Positions 41,800 to 51,295 of a stretch of 64,000 bases of DNA are shown here, in pieces. The stretch comes from an uncultured Chloroflexia bacterium (lineage in GTDB: Bacteria; Chloroflexota; Limnocylindria; Limnocylindrales; CSP1-4), in the NCBI GenBank assembly GCA_963774695.1, contig CAVZFY010000021.1, positions 148,786 through 212,785 on the forward strand, in the 5' to 3' direction. Numbering within the stretch: the first letter of the stretch is position 1; the number at the start of each line of letters is the position of its first letter. Both the position numbers and the translations under genes were made by a program. A model generated the notes under the pieces. The model had not been told where the DNA came from and searched no databases. It saw nothing but the letters and a program-made list of their open reading frames with translations.

Positions 41800-42132
41800 C
41801 TACTGCCGCATCGCGTCGTACTCGTCGACGAGCGGCGTCTTCTTGTTGCGGTAGATCGCGATCACGATCGCGAGGCCGATGGTCGCCTCGGCCGCCGCGG
41901 CGGCGATGACGACCAGCGCGATGACCGACGCGTTCGCCTGGAGCGACGTGGTGAACGCCCCGAACGCGATGATCGAGAGGTTGACGCCGTTGAGCATCAG
42001 CTCGATCGACATCAGCATGCTGATCGCGTTGCGCCGGGCGAGGAAGCCGAACGTGCCGATCGCGAACAGGATCCCCGACAGCACGAGGTAGGCGTCGAGG
42101 GACTGCGAGATGCCGTTGAGCGCGCTGAGCAT
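41800..42132 (-). CDS. nuoK: NADH-quinone oxidoreductase subunit K
   Basis: LFAIGTFG..RRNAISMLMSIELMLNGVNL...AAAEATIGLAIVIAIYR. Confidence 0.95.
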   Translation of the reverse strand: MLSALNGISQSLDAYLVLSGILFAIGTFGFLARRNAISMLMSIELMLNGVNLSIIAFGAFTTSLQANASVIALVVIAAAAAEATIGLAIVIAIYRNKKTPLVDEYDAMRQ

Positions 42133-42668
42133 CAGTCGACGCCCCCGTGCTCGCGCTTGGCGAGGAACACGCCGCCGATGACGGCCGCCAGCAGGAGCAC
42201 GCTGACGATCTCGAACGGGAGGACGAACGAGCCGAACAGCGTCTCGGCGACGGTCGTCGTGTCGGTCTGGTAGACGGTGCCGGTGATCGGCCAGGTGGTC
42301 GAGAGGACGCCGAGCGCGATGACGATCGCGAGCAGCACGCCGGCGACCGCCGCGGGCCCGGCCTGCGTCTGGAACACCAGGCGGCTGGGCGCGGCCTTCG
42401 TCTCGGTGAGCATGATCGCGAACAGCACGAGCACGCTGATCGCGCCGATGTAGACGAGGACCTGCGTCGCGGCGACGAGCGGGGCGGCGGCGATCACGTA
42501 GATCCCGGCGAGGGCCGCGAAGCACACGATCATCGCGAGGGCGCAGCGGATGATGTCGCGCATCGTCACGACCAGCAGCCCGGCGATCAGCATGATCGCG
42601 GCGAGCGTCATGAACAGGAGGTCGTCCCAGCCGATCCCGAGGAACGGGATGGTCTCAGGCAGCGTCAC
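42132..42668 (-). CDS. nuoJ: NADH-quinone oxidoreductase subunit J
   Basis: QVLVYIGAISVLVLFAIML; LPFEIVSVLLLAAVIGGVFL. Confidence 0.95.
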   Translation of the reverse strand: MTLPETIPFLGIGWDDLLFMTLAAIMLIAGLLVVTMRDIIRCALAMIVCFAALAGIYVIAAAPLVAATQVLVYIGAISVLVLFAIMLTETKAAPSRLVFQTQAGPAAVAGVLLAIVIALGVLSTTWPITGTVYQTDTTTVAETLFGSFVLPFEIVSVLLLAAVIGGVFLAKREHGGVD

Positions 42669-42677
42669 GTGTCGCTC

Positions 42678-45367
42678 TCAATGGTCGTGCGCGTGGCCCG
42701 TCGAGGCGGTCGCGGGCAGGGCCGCGGGCCCATGGCCGTTCCCGTTCGCGTGGCCGTGGCCATTGCCGTTGCCGTGCCCGTTCCCGCCGCCCGCGATCGA
42801 GGCCGGCAGCACCGGCAGCAGGCGCGCCGGGTCGAGGAACCGGCCCTCCGCGCGCGCCCGGTCGGCCCAGTCGCGCTCCTTGCGGATGTAGCTCATCTCC
42901 GTCTCGCGCTCGACCGCCGCCAGCGCGAGGAGGTCGATCATCGGCTCCTCGCGGGACGTGTGGCTGAGCTCGAACTGGTCGCTGTCGCGCACGGCGTCGT
43001 ACGGGCACGCGTCGACGCAGATGCCGCACAGGATGCAGCGGCTCTCGTCGACCTCGTACTTCTCGAGCACGCGCGGCTTGGGCATCAGCGCGCCGGTCGG
43101 GCACGTCTCGGCGCACCGGCCGCAGGACACGCACGGCGTGTCGTTGAGGCTCATGTCGAGCGGCGTCGTGACCAGGGTGTCGAACCCGATCCGCATGAAG
43201 TCGTAGCAGGCGGCGCCCACGACCTCGGCGCACACGTTGGCGCAGCGGCCGCAGTCGATGCAGCGCGACGGCTCGCGGAGGATGAACGCGTGGCTGTCGT
43301 CGCGGACGTAGTCGTGGTTGATGCCGGTGAACCGGTTCTCGGTCACGCTGCGGTAGCCGGCGCCCTGGTGGAACGCGGGCTCGAGCGTCTTGAGCGTCGT
43401 CCCGTACTCGATGCCGAGGCGGCGCAGGTCGCAGAACCCGATCGCCTCGCACGTGCACTGGAGGCAGCGCGTCGACTCGGCCATCGCGTCGGCCGGCGTG
43501 TACGGGATCTCGTACTCGATGTAGTTGCTGTTGCGGGCCTCGGCCTCGAGCGCCGTCATGCGGTAGCGCGGCTCCTTGATCTCGCCGGTGAACGGCACGA
43601 TCGAGAGGAACTCGGGCTGCGGCTCGGCGAGCGTCTGGCGGGCGCGGATCGTCGACGAGGTCGTTGCCCTTGAGGTAGGCGTCGACCGCGTAGGCGGCGC
43701 GCCGGCCCTCGGCGATCGCCTGGACCACGGTCGCCGCGCCGATCCGCACGTCGCCGGTGCCGAACACGCCGGGCCGCGCGGTCTCGAAGGTCACGGCGTC
43801 CGCGCCGAGGCGGCGCTGCTTGGTGGCGACCGGGCCCTCGGAGCCGGGCCGGATCCAGTCGAGCTCCGGGCCCTGGCCGATGGCCAGCAGCACGCGGTCG
43901 CACGGGATCGTGAACTCGGTGCCCGGCGCGGGCTCGGGGCGGCGGCGGCCGGAGGCGTCGGGCGCGCCCGGCTGCATCCGGATGAACTCGATGCCGGTGA
44001 GCTTGCCGGTCTTCTCGTCGGTGATGACGCGCGTCGGGCCCGCCTGGAAGATGGCGGTGACGCCCTCCTCGATGGCCTCGTGGACCTCGTTGCTCGCCGG
44101 CATGTCCTTCATGTCGCGGCGGTAGACGAGCGTGACCTCGCTGGCGCCCTGGCGGATCGACGTCCGCGAGCAGTCCATCGAGGTGAACCCGCCGCCGACG
44201 ACGACGACCCGGGAGCCCTCGTGGCCCGGGTACGGCAGGCCGAGCGTCGCGGTCCGCAGGTACTCGAGGCCGTCGATGACCCCGTCGGCGTCCTCGCCCG
44301 GGATCCCCAGCTTGTTGGTGTCGTAGCAGCCGATGGCGACGACGACGGCGTCGAAGCCCTGGTTCTGCAGGTCGTCGAGCGTGAAGTCGCGCCCGAGGCC
44401 CATGTTGCAGCGCATCTTGCCGCCGAGCCGGATCACCGACTCGTACTCGGCCTCGAGGACCTCGACCTTCGGCAGGCGGTACTGCGGGATGCCGTAGCGG
44501 AGCATGCCGCCGGGCGACGGGTCGCGCTCGAACACCGTCACGTCGTGGCCGGACAGCAGCAGGTAGTAGGCGGCGGCCATGCCGGCGGGCCCGGAGCCGA
44601 TGACCGCGGCGCGACGCCCGGACGCGGCCTGCTGCTCGAACGGCAGCGGCGGGTCGACGTCCTCGTCGAGCATCGCGCGGATGACCTGGTCGCCGGCGTA
44701 GCGGTGGCTGTCGCGGATCGCGATCGCCTCGTCCACCTCGTCGCGGCGGCAGTGCTCCTCGCACGGCGCCGGGCACACGCGGCCGAGCACGCTGGGGAAC
44801 GGGATCGTGCGCTTGAAGATCCGGGTGCGACTCGCGCCAGTTGGCCTCGGCGTTGGCCTTGAGGAAGCCCGGGATGTCGATGTGGCTCGGGCACTTGTTC
44901 TGGCACGGCGGCAGGCAGTACGCGTTGTGGTCCGAGAAGATCAGCTCGAGGTTCGTGCGGCGCAGGCGGCGGACCTCCTCGGTCTGCGTCTGGACCTTCA
45001 TCCCGTCCTCGCACGTCCGCGAGCACGAGATCGGCGGCGTGTCCTCGCCCTCGACCTCGACCACGCACATGCGGCAGGCGCCGAAGCCCGGCAGCTTGGG
45101 CTCGTAGCACAGGGTCGGGATCTCGATGCCGTTGTCGCGGCAGACCTCGAGGATCGTCTGGCCCTCGAGGCCCTCGACCACGCGCCCGTCGACCTCGATC
45201 CGGATCGCCGGCGTGCTCTGCGGCCGCTGCGGCGACTGGGTCGTGATCAGCCGCTCGGCGAGGCCGTCGTTCTGGGGCGTGACGGTGTCGAGGACCGCGG
45301 GGTTGTCGGGGCGCGACTGGACACGGCGCTCGGGCGGGCGTTCGGGGCGGATGATCAGGTCGGCCAT
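42678..45367 (-). CDS. NuoG-position fusion protein: 2Fe-2S, GltD-type FAD/NAD(P)H oxidoreductase, 4Fe-4S, 2x4Fe-4S, and the C-terminal half of NuoI; 2 frameshifts (~44810, ~43650)
   Basis: CYEPKL..FGACRMCVVEVEG..ISC; HNAYCLPPCQNKCP; GRVCPAPCEEHCRR; VIGSGPAG; GGMLRYGIP; VVGGGFTSMD..VYRR; GTGDV; RCLQCTCEAIGFC; CIDCGRCANVC; CVSCGRCAETCP; then KYEVDESRCILCGICVDACPYDAV..SDQFELS..REE. Confidence 0.9.
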
Positions 45368-45375
45368 GTCGCGTC

Positions 45376-46704
45376 CTAGCTCGCCGCGCCCGCCGCCACC
45401 GCGATCGGCTGACAGACGCCGGCGGGGCACGAGCTGCGCAGGATGTGGTCGTCGATCTCGGAGCGGAAGTATCGCATCCCGCTGGTGAACGCCAGGGTCG
45501 CCAGGCGCTCGTGGTCGCACAGGCCGCTGGCGGCGATGTCGTGCGCGAGGTCGCCCAGGAGGTCGGCGTCGGTGGGCTTCGGACGGCCGGTCGAGATCCG
45601 GTCGCCGATCTCGTACAGCCGCCGCAGCCCGATCCGGCAGGGGATCGTCTTGCCGCAGGCCTCGTCGGCGGAGAACTTGGTCAGCAGCCGGGCGAGGTCC
45701 ACGACGCACGCGCGGTCGTCGGCGAACACGACGGAGCCGGAGCCGATGTGGGCGCCGGCTTCGCGGAGCGGCCCGTAGGCGTACGGCATGTCGATCGCGT
45801 CGGCCGGCAGCAGCCCGCCGGTCGGCCCGCCGATCAGGATCGCCTTGAGCGCGCGGTCGCCGCGCCCGCCCGCGAGGTTGACCAGGGTCCGCAGCGGCGT
45901 CCCGAACGGCACCTCGGCGATGCCGCCGCCCGCGGGGCCGCGGAGCTGGACGAGCACCGTGCCCGGGCTGTCCTCGACGCCGGTCGCCGCGAACGCCGCG
46001 CCGCCCTGGCGGACGATCCACGGGACGGTGGCCAGCGTCTGGACGTTGTTGACGACGGTGGGCTTGCCGAACAGGCCCGTCTCGGTCGGATAGGGCGGCT
46101 TCTGCTCGGGCTGCCCGCGCTTGCCCTCGAGCGCCTTGAGCAGGACGGTCTCCTCGCCCAGCATGAACGCGCCCTGGACCGGCCGGATCGTGACCGTCAC
46201 CCGCTGGCCGCTGTTGAGCACGTTGTCCCCGAGGAAGCCGGCCTCCTCGGCGGCGAGCGCGGCGCCCTCGAGCTTCGTCACGAGCGCGGGGTCATCCGCC
46301 CGGACCGCGAGGATCGCCTCCGTGGCGCCGACGGCGAACGCGGCGATCGCGAGGCCCTCGAGCACGAGGTAGGGGTCCGCGGCGAGCAGCGCGGCGTCGG
46401 TGTGCGAGCCCGGGTCCGCGCCGTAGCCGTTGGCGACGACGTAGCGCTGGGTGGCCGACTGGGACGCGGCCGCGCGCCACTTCTCGCCGGTCGGGTAGCC
46501 CGCGCCGCCCCGGCCGCGCAGCCCGGAGGCGGCGATCGTGGCGATCGTCCCCGTCGCGCCGAGGTCGCGGACCGCGATCCGCAGCCCGTCGAAGGCGCCG
46601 GCCTTCACGGCGGCGTCGAGGTCGCCGGGATCCTTCTCGAGCGCGGCGACGCGTCCGGTGAGGATCGACGGGAAGTCCCGCTGGGTCGAGATGAACGCGC
46701 TCAT
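45376..46704 (-). CDS. nuoF: NuoF/HydB-like flavoprotein with divergent NADH/FMN and N3 motifs
   Basis: Intact 442 aa ORF: SGLRGRGGAGYPTGEKW; NGYGADPG; GEETVL; PPYP; NNVQT; GGPTGG; EACGKTIPCRIG; GLCD; HI..SSCPAGVC. Confidence 0.9.
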   Translation of the reverse strand: MSAFISTQRDFPSILTGRVAALEKDPGDLDAAVKAGAFDGLRIAVRDLGATGTIATIAASGLRGRGGAGYPTGEKWRAAASQSATQRYVVANGYGADPGSHTDAALLAADPYLVLEGLAIAAFAVGATEAILAVRADDPALVTKLEGAALAAEEAGFLGDNVLNSGQRVTVTIRPVQGAFMLGEETVLLKALEGKRGQPEQKPPYPTETGLFGKPTVVNNVQTLATVPWIVRQGGAAFAATGVEDSPGTVLVQLRGPAGGGIAEVPFGTPLRTLVNLAGGRGDRALKAILIGGPTGGLLPADAIDMPYAYGPLREAGAHIGSGSVVFADDRACVVDLARLLTKFSADEACGKTIPCRIGLRRLYEIGDRISTGRPKPTDADLLGDLAHDIAASGLCDHERLATLAFTSGMRYFRSEIDDHILRSSCPAGVCQPIAVAAGAAS

Positions 46705-47386
46705 GCGCCGCCCGCCGCGCCGGCGCCCCGGTCGCGCCGCCGAAGCCGAGCGACGCCTCCAGCGCCGACCGGTAGTCCGACTCGATCGCCCGGTGCGCCT
46801 CGCCCGCGGGCGCCCCGGCGTCGATCGTCGGTGGCTCGAAGCGCAGGTGGCGGTAGTAGGTCGCGGTCCCGTAGATCATCGCGTACCAGGTGCCGGTGAT
46901 CCGCGAGATGTGCTTGAGCGCGCCGACCGGCAGGTAGCCGTACTCGGCCTGCGTCTCCTCGAGGATGGCCAGCAGGTCCTTGGGGTCGTAGTCGTGGCGC
47001 TCGAGGATCTCGTCGAGGGCGGCCGTGTCGACGGGGTCGAACCGCGCGTAGGCCGCGTCCGGCACGGTCCGGCCGGACCGGCGCAGCGCCGACTCCTCGC
47101 GCCGCTCGCCGAAGGTCTCGGCGGGGCCCCAGTGGACGTGGAAGCGGCCCTTGGTGTCCATGCCGCCCATGTCGATGCACTCGATCGGGCAGGCCTGCGC
47201 GCACTGGAAGCACGTCTCGCACTTGAGCGTGCCCCACTCGTCGTACAGCAGCTGGAGCCGGCCGCGGAACTTGGGCGGGACGTCGGCCGGCTGCTCGGGC
47301 CAGTGGACGGTCGCCTTGGGGGCGAAGAACCGGCGCAGGGTGAACCCCATGCCCCGGACCATGCCCATGCCCGGCACGGTGCTCAC
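46701..47386 (-). CDS. Fusion of the N-terminal half of NuoI (one CxxCxxCxxxCP) and the N-terminal helical domain of NuoE (no 2Fe-2S domain)
   Basis: GMGFTLRRFF..KATVHWPEQ...KFRGRLQL.YDE.G.LKCETCFQCAQACPIECI, then LDEILERH...LLAILEETQAEYGYLP...IYGTATYY, all in one frame. GTGA overlap with nuoH and ATGA overlap with nuoF (stop reached via a late frameshift). Confidence 0.88.
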
Positions 47387-48726
47387 AGGTGCAGCGTCCC
47401 GGCCACGGCGGCCCCGGCGATCACGACCGCGGCGGCGGTCAGGAACAGGTTGAGCAGGGACGCGGGCAGCAGCCACTTCCAGGCGAAGTTCATCAGCTGG
47501 TCGAGGCGCACGCGCGGGAGCGTGCCGCGCATCCACACGAAGATGAACACGAAGATGAACGCCTTGAGCAGGAACCACAGCAGGCCGGCGACCCAGTCGA
47601 GCCCGAGGTAGGTCACGCCGAAGATCGCGCCGACCGCGACCACGTTGAACGTGATGAACCCGAGCACGAGCGCCTGCCACGCGGGCCGGTCGCTGCGGAT
47701 CAGGTAGAACGGCGCCGCGAGCAGCAGCGTGATCACGAGCGGCGCGGTCGCGAGGATGATCAGCAGCCCGTTGCCCAGCGAGCCCGGGTCGAGGCCCAGC
47801 ACGACGTGCGGGAAGTCGAACGGCGCGTTCCAGGCCCCGAAGTACAGGGTCGTCATGAGCGCCGAGATGATGAACACGTTCACGTACTCGGCGAAGAACA
47901 GGAACCCGAACCGCATGCCCGAGTACTCGGTGGCGAACCCGGCCACGATCTCCGAGTCGGCCTCGGTCAGGTCGAACGGCGTCCGGTTGGCCTCCGCGGT
48001 GGCGGCGATGAAGAAGATCAGCGCGCCCAGCGGCTGGCGGAACACGAACCAGTCGGTGAACCAGCCGGACTGCTGCTGGCCGATCTGGTAGACGCTCATC
48101 GTCCCGGCGAGGAGGATCAGGCCGACGACCGAGAGCGTGAGCGGGATCTCGTAGCTCACGACCTGGGCCGCGGACCGCAGCCCGCCGAGCAGCGAGTACT
48201 TGTTGAAGCTCGACCAGCCGGCCATCAGCAGGCCGACGACGGTCATGCCGCCGATCGCGAACAGGTACAGCAGGCCGATGTTCAGGTCGGCACCGACGAG
48301 CCCGGGCCCGAACGGGATGACGAGGAACGTCATCACCGCCGTCAGGAACACGATGACGGGCGCCCAGGTGAACACGATGCTGTCGGCGCCGGTCGGGGTG
48401 AAGTCCTCCTTCATGAGGACCTTGAGCCCGTGGACCACCGACAGGAGGGAGCCGGCCGGCCCGACCCGGTCCGGGCCGACGCGAAGGTTCATCAGCGCGA
48501 TGACCTTCATCTCCATGTAGATGATGATGAAGGCGGCCGGGATGCTGAACAGCAGGATCGCCGTGACGGCGACGAGGAACCGGACGATCTCGATGTTGGC
48601 GCTGAGGATCGCGATCAGCCACGGCGCCACGAGGTTGGCGAACAGGATCGTCACGATCGGCCCGACCACGAGGACCAGGATCAGCAGCGGCAGCAGGATC
48701 CGCCCGGTCAGCGTCAGGCTGCTCAT
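47383..48726 (-). CDS. nuoH: NADH-quinone oxidoreductase subunit H (extended, ~447 aa)
   Basis: EMKVIA.MNLRVGPDRVGP; GLKVLMKED; YSLLGGLRSAAQVVSYE; AEANRTPFDLTEADSE; GFATEYSG; WMRGTLPRVRLDQLM. Confidence 0.95.
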   Translation of the reverse strand: MSSLTLTGRILLPLLILVLVVGPIVTILFANLVAPWLIAILSANIEIVRFLVAVTAILLFSIPAAFIIIYMEMKVIALMNLRVGPDRVGPAGSLLSVVHGLKVLMKEDFTPTGADSIVFTWAPVIVFLTAVMTFLVIPFGPGLVGADLNIGLLYLFAIGGMTVVGLLMAGWSSFNKYSLLGGLRSAAQVVSYEIPLTLSVVGLILLAGTMSVYQIGQQQSGWFTDWFVFRQPLGALIFFIAATAEANRTPFDLTEADSEIVAGFATEYSGMRFGFLFFAEYVNVFIISALMTTLYFGAWNAPFDFPHVVLGLDPGSLGNGLLIILATAPLVITLLLAAPFYLIRSDRPAWQALVLGFITFNVVAVGAIFGVTYLGLDWVAGLLWFLLKAFIFVFIFVWMRGTLPRVRLDQLMNFAWKWLLPASLLNLFLTAAAVVIAGAAVAGTLHL

Positions 48727-48743
48727 CGACCGTCGAACGGCGG

Positions 48744-49987
48744 TCACTTGTCGACTCCGCCCATGATCGGGTCGAGCGAGGCCATGACGGCCATGGTGTC
48801 CGCGATCAGGTTGTCCTTCATCATCATCCCCACCAGCTGGAGATGGACGAAGGACGGGTCGTGGATCTTCATCCGGAACGGCTGGTCGGTGCCGTCCGAG
48901 ATCGCGTAGGTCCCGTACAGCCCGCGCGGCCCCTCGATCCCCGCCCAGGCGCGGCCGGGCCGCGGCCGCAGCAGGCGCGGCAGCTTCGCCATCACCGGCC
49001 CGTCGGGCATGTTGTGCAGGCACTGGTCGATGATCCGGAGGCTCTGCTTGACCTCCTCGACGCGCAGCAGGTAGCGGTCCAGCGCGTCGCCGCCGGCCGG
49101 CCCGTGGCCGCGCGTCGGGACGTCGAACTCGATCTCGGGGTAGACGCGAGTACGGGATGCGCCCGGCGGATGTCGAACGGCATGCCCGTCGCCCGCAGGT
49201 TCGGGCCCGTCACGGCCATCCGCATCGCGGTCGCGTTGTCGAGCCGGCCGATGTCGCGCATCCGGCGGACGAAGATCTCGTTCTCGTTGAGCAGCTTGGT
49301 GTTCGCGTCGTGCTGGTTGGCCGCGCGGCTCATCCAGTCGCCGAGGCGGGACATGAACTCGTGGTTCAGGTCGCCGTTGACGCCGCCGATCCGGAAGTAG
49401 TTGAACAGCATCTTCTGGCCGGTGATCGAGGCCAGCAGGTCGCAGATCTCGTCGCGCTCGATGAAGCTGTACAGGATCGGGGTCAGGCCGCCGAGGTCGA
49501 GCGCCATCCAGCCCATGAACAGGGCGTGGCTCGCGATCCGGTTGAGCTCGCCGGTGAGCACCCGGATGTACTCGGCGCGCCGCGGCACCTCGACGTCGAG
49601 CAGCTTCTCGAACGCCATCACCGGCGACCACTCGCAGAACAGCGAGCTCACGTACTCGAGCGGGTCGACCTGGCTGATGACCTGGTGGTAGTCCGCGTTC
49701 TCGCACAGCTTCTCGACGCCGCGGTGGAGGTAGCCGAGGACGGGGTCGAGGTCGACGACGCGCTCGCCGCTGATCTTGAGCACGACGCGCAGCACCCCGT
49801 GGGTCGACGGGTGCTGGGGGCCCATGTTGAGGAACATCTCGCCGTCGCCGAGCGTGTAGAACTCGGCCTCGCGCTCGGTGCGCGGCGGGTACGGCGGGAC
49901 GGGCTCGAAGTGCCCGATCTGGTCGTCGAGCATCACCCGCGGGTCGTCCGCGGACGCGTGCTGGTGGGGCGCGGCGGGGGCGGTCAT
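48744..49987 (-). CDS. nuoD: NADH-quinone oxidoreductase subunit D; frameshift near 49150
   Basis: LNMGPQHPSTHGVLR; GYLHRGVEKL; DPLEYVSS; ELNRIASH; IEGPRG; DTMAVMASLDPIMGGVDK. Confidence 0.96.
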
Positions 49988-49989
49988 CG

Positions 49990-50540
49990 TCAGGCCTTCA
50001 CCGTGCGCCGGACCGTGGACGGGGTCGCCTGCGCCGGCACGTGCGTCTGCTCCATGTGGCGGACGCCGCCACCGGGCGAGCGCGACGGCGTCGTCGGCCA
50101 GGTAGAAGTCCTTGCGCAGCGGGAAGCTCGTGTAGTCGGGCGGCATGTAGATGCGCCGCAGGTCGCGGTTGCCCTCGAAGATGATCCCGAACATGTCGTA
50201 GGCCTCGCGCTCCATCCACTCCGCGCCGGGCCACAGGCCGGTGATCGAGGGGACGCGCGGGTCGTCGCGGGGCATGCCGTCCGCGACCACCCGCAGCCAG
50301 TCCGGGGACTGCGCGGACCAGAGGTGGTAGACGACCTGCATGTGGTCGCCGGTGTCGACGCCGGCGAGGTCGGCGAGGATCTCGAAGCCGAGCTGCGGGT
50401 CGTCGTGGACCACGCGCATGACGTCGACCAGGTCCGCCGGTGCCGATCCGGATCTCGGTCTGGTCGTGGCGCTGGCGGAGCGGCCCCGTGAACCGGTCTC
50501 CGAGCTTGGACTCGAGCCGGGCGCGCAGCTGGCGGTCCAT
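49990..50540 (-). CDS. nuoC: NADH-quinone oxidoreductase subunit C; frameshift near 50440
   Basis: LAGVD; VVYHL; VPSIT.LWPGAEWMEREAYDMFGI.FEGN.DLRRI; FPLRKDF. Confidence 0.94.
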
Positions 50541-50542
50541 GG

Positions 50543-51295
50543 CTAGATGTCCTGCGGCACGGTCGGCCCGATCGGGCGCTCGTGCCACTCCCCGCGCCGG
50601 TCCTTGACCAGCTGCTGGAGCTTCATCATCCCGTAGATCAGGCCCTCGGGACGGGGCGGGCAGCCCGGGACGTAGACGTCGACCGGCATGACGCGGTCGA
50701 TGCCCTCGATCGTCGAGTAGCTGCGCTTGTACCGCCCGCCCGAGCACGTGCAGTCGCCCATCGCGACGCACCACTTGGGCTCCGGCATCTGCTCCCAGAG
50801 GCGGACGAGCGGCCCCGCCATCTTCGTCGTCAGCGTGCCCGCGACGATCAGGACGTCGGCCTGGCGCGGGCTGGCGCGGAACGGGAACATGCCCCAGCGG
50901 TCCATGTCGTTCTTCGACGTCGCCGCCGACATCATCTCGATGGCGCAGCAGGCGAGGCCCGAGAGCAGCGGCCACAGGCTGTTCATCCGGATCAGGTCGA
51001 GCACGAGGTCGGCCTTGGTCGGGATGACCTCGAGCGCGCCCCAGCGCGCGTCGTCGCGGCGCACGAGGTCCGAGTGCTCGAGCCGCGTCAGGTGCGTGTG
51101 CTCGGTTCCCTCCTCGCCGCCGTAGGCGTCGGGCCGGATCGACCCCCAGAGCGTGTTGGGGACGACGATCGGCTGGGCGAGGTCATGGGGGTTGGCCGTG
51201 ACCAGGCCGCTCGCCGCGGCGCCGGCGTCGTCGGCGGGCGCCACGGCACCCGCCGCACCGCCGGCCGGGACGGGATCCTCGCGCGTCAGCGCCAT
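50543..51295 (-). CDS. nuoB: NADH-quinone oxidoreductase subunit B (with N-terminal extension)
   Basis: LWPLLSGLACCAIEMM; RASPRQADVLIVAGT; QMPEPKW; GDCTCSGG; VYVPGCPPRPE. Confidence 0.96.
   Translation of the reverse strand: MALTREDPVPAGGAAGAVAPADDAGAAASGLVTANPHDLAQPIVVPNTLWGSIRPDAYGGEEGTEHTHLTRLEHSDLVRRDDARWGALEVIPTKADLVLDLIRMNSLWPLLSGLACCAIEMMSAATSKNDMDRWGMFPFRASPRQADVLIVAGTLTTKMAGPLVRLWEQMPEPKWCVAMGDCTCSGGRYKRSYSTIEGIDRVMPVDVYVPGCPPRPEGLIYGMMKLQQLVKDRRGEWHERPIGPTVPQDI

Noticed and set aside
42678-47386. Possibility that the split nuoI is only a frameshift artefact
   Set aside because: The two halves are ~4 kb apart, separated by nuoF and the GltD-type gene, and each is in-frame with its fusion partner. 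Single-base indels cannot produce this; only a structural misassembly could, and that is listed as the refuting test.
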